This document shows, piece by piece, positions 60,601 to 64,000 of a stretch of DNA of 64,000 nucleotides; the stretch's first letter is position 1, and the number at the start of each line of letters is the position of its first letter. Source of the stretch: an uncultured Methylococcaceae bacterium (GTDB lineage: Bacteria; Pseudomonadota; Gammaproteobacteria; Methylococcales; Methylomonadaceae); the NCBI GenBank assembly GCA_903866825.1, contig CAIPPE010000303.1, forward strand, positions 1,663-65,662, in the 5' to 3' direction. The position numbers and the translations under genes were made by a program. A model generated the notes under the pieces. It was not told the DNA's origin. It made no database searches and saw only the letters and a program-made list of their open reading frames with translations.

Positions 60601-61359
60601 GAGCGTTATCATTTTACCAGCGCATTACCAGTACAAATCGTTAAGTATTTAAAACCAATATTATCACCATTGATTAATAACACTGAGGCAAACAAAAGCC
60701 CGGTTTCAATTCCAAAAAGTATAGTATCTACTGATAAGGTTAACCCCATCATTAACCCAGTAACCGTTAATACAAATACCCCATTAATTGAAAAGACAGC
60801 AGTTAAAGTTGCTGAACCATCGCCTGAAAAGCCGAGCTTACAACCAAGTCAGTCTTTGGTTGAAAAAACGGCTGTTAAAGCAGTGGCACCTGAAAAGCAA
60901 GCCATTAAGGCAACTTCAACTCCAGTGGCAAAACCGACGGTTAAACCTGTGGAGCCTAGCCTTGAAAAGCAAGCGCTTAAGCCAGCTCAACCTACAGTGG
61001 TAAAACCAGTCGTTAAACCGGTTCAACCTTCTGTTGATAAAGCGACCGCTAAACCTGTAGAGCCTGCTATTGAAAAGCAAGCCCCTAAAGTAAGTCCACC
61101 TCCAGTGGCAAAACCGACTATTAAACCCACTCAACCTTCGATTGATAAAGCGGTTACAGCCATAAATCCGTCAGTCAAAAAGCTACCCGCTATTGAGCTT
61201 AAACCGATTATTCCTACACCAACACCTAAAGTGACCAAAACACCCGTGCCTGAGAAAGCGATCTCTAAGGACAAAAACGATAGTAAAACCCGATATTATA
61301 AATATCCAGTTCCCCCGGCTATTCCCCCTCTAAATGAGCCTCCTAAACCCGCTAATTAG
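57661..61359 (+). CDS. Atypical class-A PBP-like protein: GT51 transglycosylase plus transpeptidase-like domain plus Pro/Lys-rich repeat tail
   Basis: N-terminal TM anchor. GT51-like blocks (LLFIENRELL, GGSTLATQIEK), SxxK (GSTSKF) and KTG (GGKTGTGD). The C-terminal ~190 aa are VKP/EKQ repeats. Confidence 0.7.
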   Translation: MTRRQLSKNRGNNNGLQRFLLLYIIVILVLVCFVVFKLVRDEVRTSKFQAKYLSAISHQLGFKLASGPSSSIRYPEYGPYDQRLGYTLLPDIINRLDQSGYRITSQASFSPMMTELANYGFFNIYHEKTQAGLRITDKSNQVLFSAIYPAYGYADFKSIPPVILNTLLFIENRELLNDENVTINPAIEWDRLGFATLQLMANKLGATSAVPGGSTLATQIEKYRHSKNGYTNSVVDKFRQMGTASLRAYMMGPNTLEMRQEIALSYLNSMPLAATPKLGEVHGLGDGLSAWFGTDFNVVNRLLSQDALKAPKQITPQQAKAYRQVLNILLSQRRPSYLLGRGFDALQTLTDRYLRIMTEQGVISTALRDAALQIHTSRPSKTESAEPQFFTEKKTQNVLRARLATTLGVKSNYDLDRLDLTVKTTLDFKTQQAVTHALKQLSQPNEARTAGILGFRLLNENTDLKPIVYSLMLFEKDKTGNLLRIQTDNYDQPLDINEGIRIDLGSTSKFRTMVHYLELVTDTYQQYKNFSTLALSQVDLHPRDYISTWVVEQLKQSPKINLESLLNLALDRRFSGSPGEYFFTGGGLHHFNNFTKDEDYKIMSVRDALRDSVNLVFIRLMREVVYHHLYKPEGIARWLDTPDSPKRKEYLERFANNEGQVYLQKFFSRYEGKSPEEAMDMLVKRIYPTATRLAMLYRAVYPDKDEMALNAFLNKQLDKASLAKLDIYDLYDKYSVEKFDLQDQGYITKIHPLELWLVGYLAKHPHATKKEAIEASAEPRQVVYRWLFNNHRANAQQQRIMTLLEEDAFNEIHAAWKRVGYPFEELTPSYATSIGASGDRPAALAELMGIIVNDGVKLPAVRFQSLHYAEGTPYETILNKAPDEGERIFAPEIAKVSRGALIGVVTGGTAVRLNGVYTDANNNLLAVGGKTGTGDHRKQIWGPGGVLLDSKFISRAATFTFFIGDRFFGVITAYIEGDNSERYHFTSALPVQIVKYLKPILSPLINNTEANKSPVSIPKSIVSTDKVNPIINPVTVNTNTPLIEKTAVKVAEPSPEKPSLQPSQSLVEKTAVKAVAPEKQAIKATSTPVAKPTVKPVEPSLEKQALKPAQPTVVKPVVKPVQPSVDKATAKPVEPAIEKQAPKVSPPPVAKPTIKPTQPSIDKAVTAINPSVKKLPAIELKPIIPTPTPKVTKTPVPEKAISKDKNDSKTRYYKYPVPPAIPPLNEPPKPAN

Positions 61360-61409
61360 TTGAAAAGCCATTTAGGTCTATCGATAAGGACTGTTGTGGA
61401 ACTTTTGAT

Positions 61410-62021
61410 TCATTGCGATTGAGTTGACGCTTCTAGTGCATCTAACTCTGTTAATGTATTAATATTCCTAAATACCTGGGGCTGGTCACTGAAATCCACA
61501 GTCACCACCCTATGTTGTTTTAACCATTTCTCAACCTTACGCTGTCCATTATCCAGATAGTTTTGTAAACTAGACCTTAATGAAGTTTTTATCGCTAAAA
61601 AAACAGGATGCAATCGTTCTCCGTCAAATGCAACTGCCACATCAGCATTTGTTTTTGCACGCATCTTAAGTAATTTATGTAAATGTTCAGCCTTAATCAA
61701 GGGTGAGTCACAAGGCACAACAACCAGTATTTCGGCAGTTGTATATAGCATTGCACTTAATATTCCTGCCAAGGGACCAGCAAAATCGGTCGATTTATCA
61801 ACAATCACCGGTAATCCAAAAGCCTTATAAACTGCCAGATTACGATTTGCATTAATCAGTATTAGCTCCGTAACCCCAGAAAGCGCATTAATAGGATAGC
61901 TCACCAAAGGACGCCCCTTGTACAATACTAAGCCCTTATCTTGATTCCCCATTCGTCTGGCAAGCCCACCTGCTAAAATGACACCAGCGACCACTTTTTG
62001 ATTATCCATATGTTGACCCAT
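61410..62021 (-). CDS. mobA: Molybdenum cofactor guanylyltransferase
   Basis: GVILAGGLARRMG…DKGL N-terminal motif and the size are typical of MobA. Confidence 0.85.
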   Translation of the reverse strand: MGQHMDNQKVVAGVILAGGLARRMGNQDKGLVLYKGRPLVSYPINALSGVTELILINANRNLAVYKAFGLPVIVDKSTDFAGPLAGILSAMLYTTAEILVVVPCDSPLIKAEHLHKLLKMRAKTNADVAVAFDGERLHPVFLAIKTSLRSSLQNYLDNGQRKVEKWLKQHRVVTVDFSDQPQVFRNINTLTELDALEASTQSQ

Positions 62022-62141
62022 GGAAATTGTTTATCTGCTTCTACTAACTATAGAGCATTAAATGATTTTTCAGTTAAAATAACTGACAATCTAATATGAA
62101 CGGAAATAGTTTTTCCGATCATAGTTTTTACTTTCTGAATT

Positions 62142-62564
62142 ATGGAATCTATATCACCAATGAAATATAAATACATTTCTTATTCCTTAGGGATTTTCTT
62201 AAGTGCACTATTAATCGGTTGCACTTCAACCGTTGAAAAACCAACTGAACAAACACCTGTCGAAACAACTAGTTTAGTTAATGATTATCCAACACGTGAC
62301 CGGGTTGAATATGTTTTGAACTGCGTCGCTCAGCATGGAGGTCTAAATTATATCAATCAATACGCATGTGGCTGCAAGATAGACAAAATTGCTGAAAAAC
62401 TAACCTTTAGTGAGTTTGAATCTGCAAAAACATTTACTTATTTAAGTAAGGGACAAACCGGCGATGCGGGTGCCGTTTTCCGTGACCCTGCTCAATCTAA
62501 AGACTTAAGAGCACGACTTAAAGAAGCAGAAGCGTCCGCTGAAAAAAGTTGTTTCGTAAAATAA
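62142..62564 (+). CDS. Lipoprotein of unknown function
   Basis: Signal peptide with lipobox LLIGC. Confidence 0.5.
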   Translation: MESISPMKYKYISYSLGIFLSALLIGCTSTVEKPTEQTPVETTSLVNDYPTRDRVEYVLNCVAQHGGLNYINQYACGCKIDKIAEKLTFSEFESAKTFTYLSKGQTGDAGAVFRDPAQSKDLRARLKEAEASAEKSCFVK

Positions 62565-62611
62565 TTAATCATTTTTAACATTGTAATAATTCATCAGCAT
62601 TAATTTGGGCA

Positions 62612-62639
62612 GTTGAAATCTTCATTTTTTCCCACATTT
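62612..62639 (+). promoter_or_regulatory. Candidate sigma-32 (heat-shock) promoter of hslVU
   Basis: GTTGAAA (62612-62618), a 12-13 nt spacer, then CCCACATTT (62631-62639). Compare consensus CTTGAAA-N13-15-CCCCATNT. About 60 nt upstream of hslV. Confidence 0.45.
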
Positions 62640-62696
62640 TAAATGTATACCATGTAAAATCAACACCCTGTTTTTTTATATTAATAGGATATTAAA

Positions 62697-63242
62697 GTGT
62701 TTAGAGGAACAACCATACTTTCTGTTCGCCGAGGCAACAAAGTGGTCATTGGTGGTGATGGGCAAGTCACCCTTGGCAACACCGTTATGAAAGGAAATGC
62801 ACGCAAAGTTCGCCGTTTGTATCATGATAAAGTTATCGCTGGATTTGCGGGGGCAACCGCAGATGCCTTTACTTTATTTGAGCATTTTGAAAGTAAGCTT
62901 GAAAAGCATCGCGGCAACTTAACCCGCGCAGCTGTTGAAATGGCTAAGGATTGGCGTACAGACCGTGCCCTGCGTAAACTAGAAGCTTTATTAACCATCG
63001 CAGACAGTAAAACGTCTTTAATCATTTCAGGTACTGGTGATGTCATCGAACCTGAATATGATTTGATGGCAATTGGTTCAGGTGGTGCTTTTGCACAAGC
63101 GGCAGCACGGGCTTTATTAGAAAATACTAACCTAAGTGCTCGCGAGATAGTTGAAAGATCATTAAATATAGCCGCAGATATTTGTATTTATACCAACCAC
63201 AATCTCCGAATTGAAGAACTGGACGCTGAACCCAATGAGTAA
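62697..63242 (+). CDS. hslV: ATP-dependent protease subunit HslV
   Basis: (M)[23 protein letters not shown] with the catalytic Thr after a short propeptide. GTG start. Confidence 0.95.
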   Translation: MFRGTTILSVRRGNKVVIGGDGQVTLGNTVMKGNARKVRRLYHDKVIAGFAGATADAFTLFEHFESKLEKHRGNLTRAAVEMAKDWRTDRALRKLEALLTIADSKTSLIISGTGDVIEPEYDLMAIGSGGAFAQAAARALLENTNLSAREIVERSLNIAADICIYTNHNLRIEELDAEPNE

Positions 63243-63246
63243 CCGC

Positions 63247-64000
63247 ATGACACAGATGACCCCTAAAGAAATTGTAAGTGAATTAGATAAACATATTGTT
63301 GGTCAAGCCAGTGCTAAACGTTCAGTTGCAATCGCCTTAAGAAATCGTTGGAGACGTCAACAGGTTGATTCATCTTTGCGAGACGAAATCACCCCCAAAA
63401 ACATCTTGATGATTGGCCCAACCGGTGTGGGCAAAACTGAAATTGCCCGCCGTCTCGCACGCTTGGCGAATGCACCTTTTATTAAAATCGAAGCGACAAA
63501 ATTTACAGAGGTAGGTTACGTTGGTAGAGATGTTGAATCCATCATCCGTGACCTAGTTGATACCGCTGTCAAAATGACCCGGACAGCAGAAATGGAAAAG
63601 GTTGAAAACAAAGCCTACGACGCAGCAGAAGAAAAGGTTCTGGATATTTTATTACCCCGTGCTGGAAGCGGTATGCTGTCCGAAACAGAGGAATCAACCC
63701 GCCAAAAAATGCGTAAAAAATTGCGTGAAGGTGATCTTGATACAAAAGAAATTGAAATTGATGTTCAAGTTGCCTCAATGGGCGTTGAAATTATGGCTCC
63801 TCCCGGCATGGAAGAAATGACCAGCCAATTGCAAAGCATGTTTCAAAACATGGGTTCTAGCAAAACCAAGTCACGTAAAATGCCAATTAAGAAAGCATTG
63901 AAAGCAATACAAGAAGAAGAAGCCTCTAAGCTTGTCAATGAGGATGACATTCGATTTCGTGCTGTTGAGTCAGTAGAACAAAATGGTATTGTCTTTCTCG
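63247..64000 (+). CDS. hslU: ATP-dependent protease ATPase subunit HslU (5' part, runs off the window)
   Basis: Hand translation gives [40 protein letters not shown]… with Walker [16 protein letters not shown]. Not in the ORF track because no stop lies within the window. Confidence 0.95.
   Translation, partial: MTQMTPKEIVSELDKHIVGQASAKRSVAIALRNRWRRQQVDSSLRDEITPKNILMIGPTGVGKTEIARRLARLANAPFIKIEATKFTEVGYVGRDVESIIRDLVDTAVKMTRTAEMEKVENKAYDAAEEKVLDILLPRAGSGMLSETEESTRQKMRKKLREGDLDTKEIEIDVQVASMGVEIMAPPGMEEMTSQLQSMFQNMGSSKTKSRKMPIKKALKAIQEEEASKLVNEDDIRFRAVESVEQNGIVFL

Noticed and set aside
60788-61134. ORFs 60788-61003 (+) and 60916-61134 (-) within the PBP gene
   Set aside because: These are alternative-frame or antisense readings of the Pro/Lys repeat DNA, with K/R/L-rich nonsense translations.

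Overview
64-kb chromosomal window from an A+T-rich methylotrophic proteobacterium. The lineage call rests on formaldehyde-activating enzyme, methenyl-H4MPT cyclohydrolase, beta-RFAP synthase and about eight further H4MPT-cluster-type genes between 4 and 20.8 kb; genus not determinable by eye. Housekeeping backbone: pntAB, cell-wall enzymes (SLT-domain protein, MepA, a 1232-aa PBP1-like protein), regBA, msrA, hslO, smc-zipA-ligA, rlmD, cysM, hemF, mobA, and hslV plus the 5' part of hslU. Accessory or unusual content: (1) a visibly A+T-richer insert of about 5.4 kb (11.0-16.4 kb) splits the H4MPT cluster. It carries a translationally coupled 110-aa + 1126-aa gene pair that shares a ~25-aa motif, at the C-terminus of the small protein and the N-terminus of the large one. 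That layout matches amyloid/prion-style effector-receptor signalling pairs, but the large partner has no recognisable NTPase and instead shows TPR-like, GreA/B-C-like and PIN-like segments. This is my best candidate for an undescribed system. (2) Two paralogous FN3-like genes (15.2 kb and 48.3-48.9 kb) each lie next to arrays of degenerate tandem repeats phased at 21 bp, with a related ATYGRTAT core. (3) An exosortase/CPBP-protease fusion sits next to an ORF missing from the supplied track: a 49-aa signal peptide plus VPEID-CTERM sorting signal with essentially no passenger. (4) A decaying [NiFe]-hydrogenase accessory cluster has a frameshifted rubredoxin, a HybE-like gene, a shortened HupK-like gene, intact hypA and hypB, then about 1.2 kb of debris. 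(5) A 1247-aa multicopper oxidase with FN3 domains is coupled to a CXXCH protein. No rRNA, tRNA, CRISPR array, transposase or integrase was recognised. All calls come from reading the sequence and ORF translations; no searches were run.
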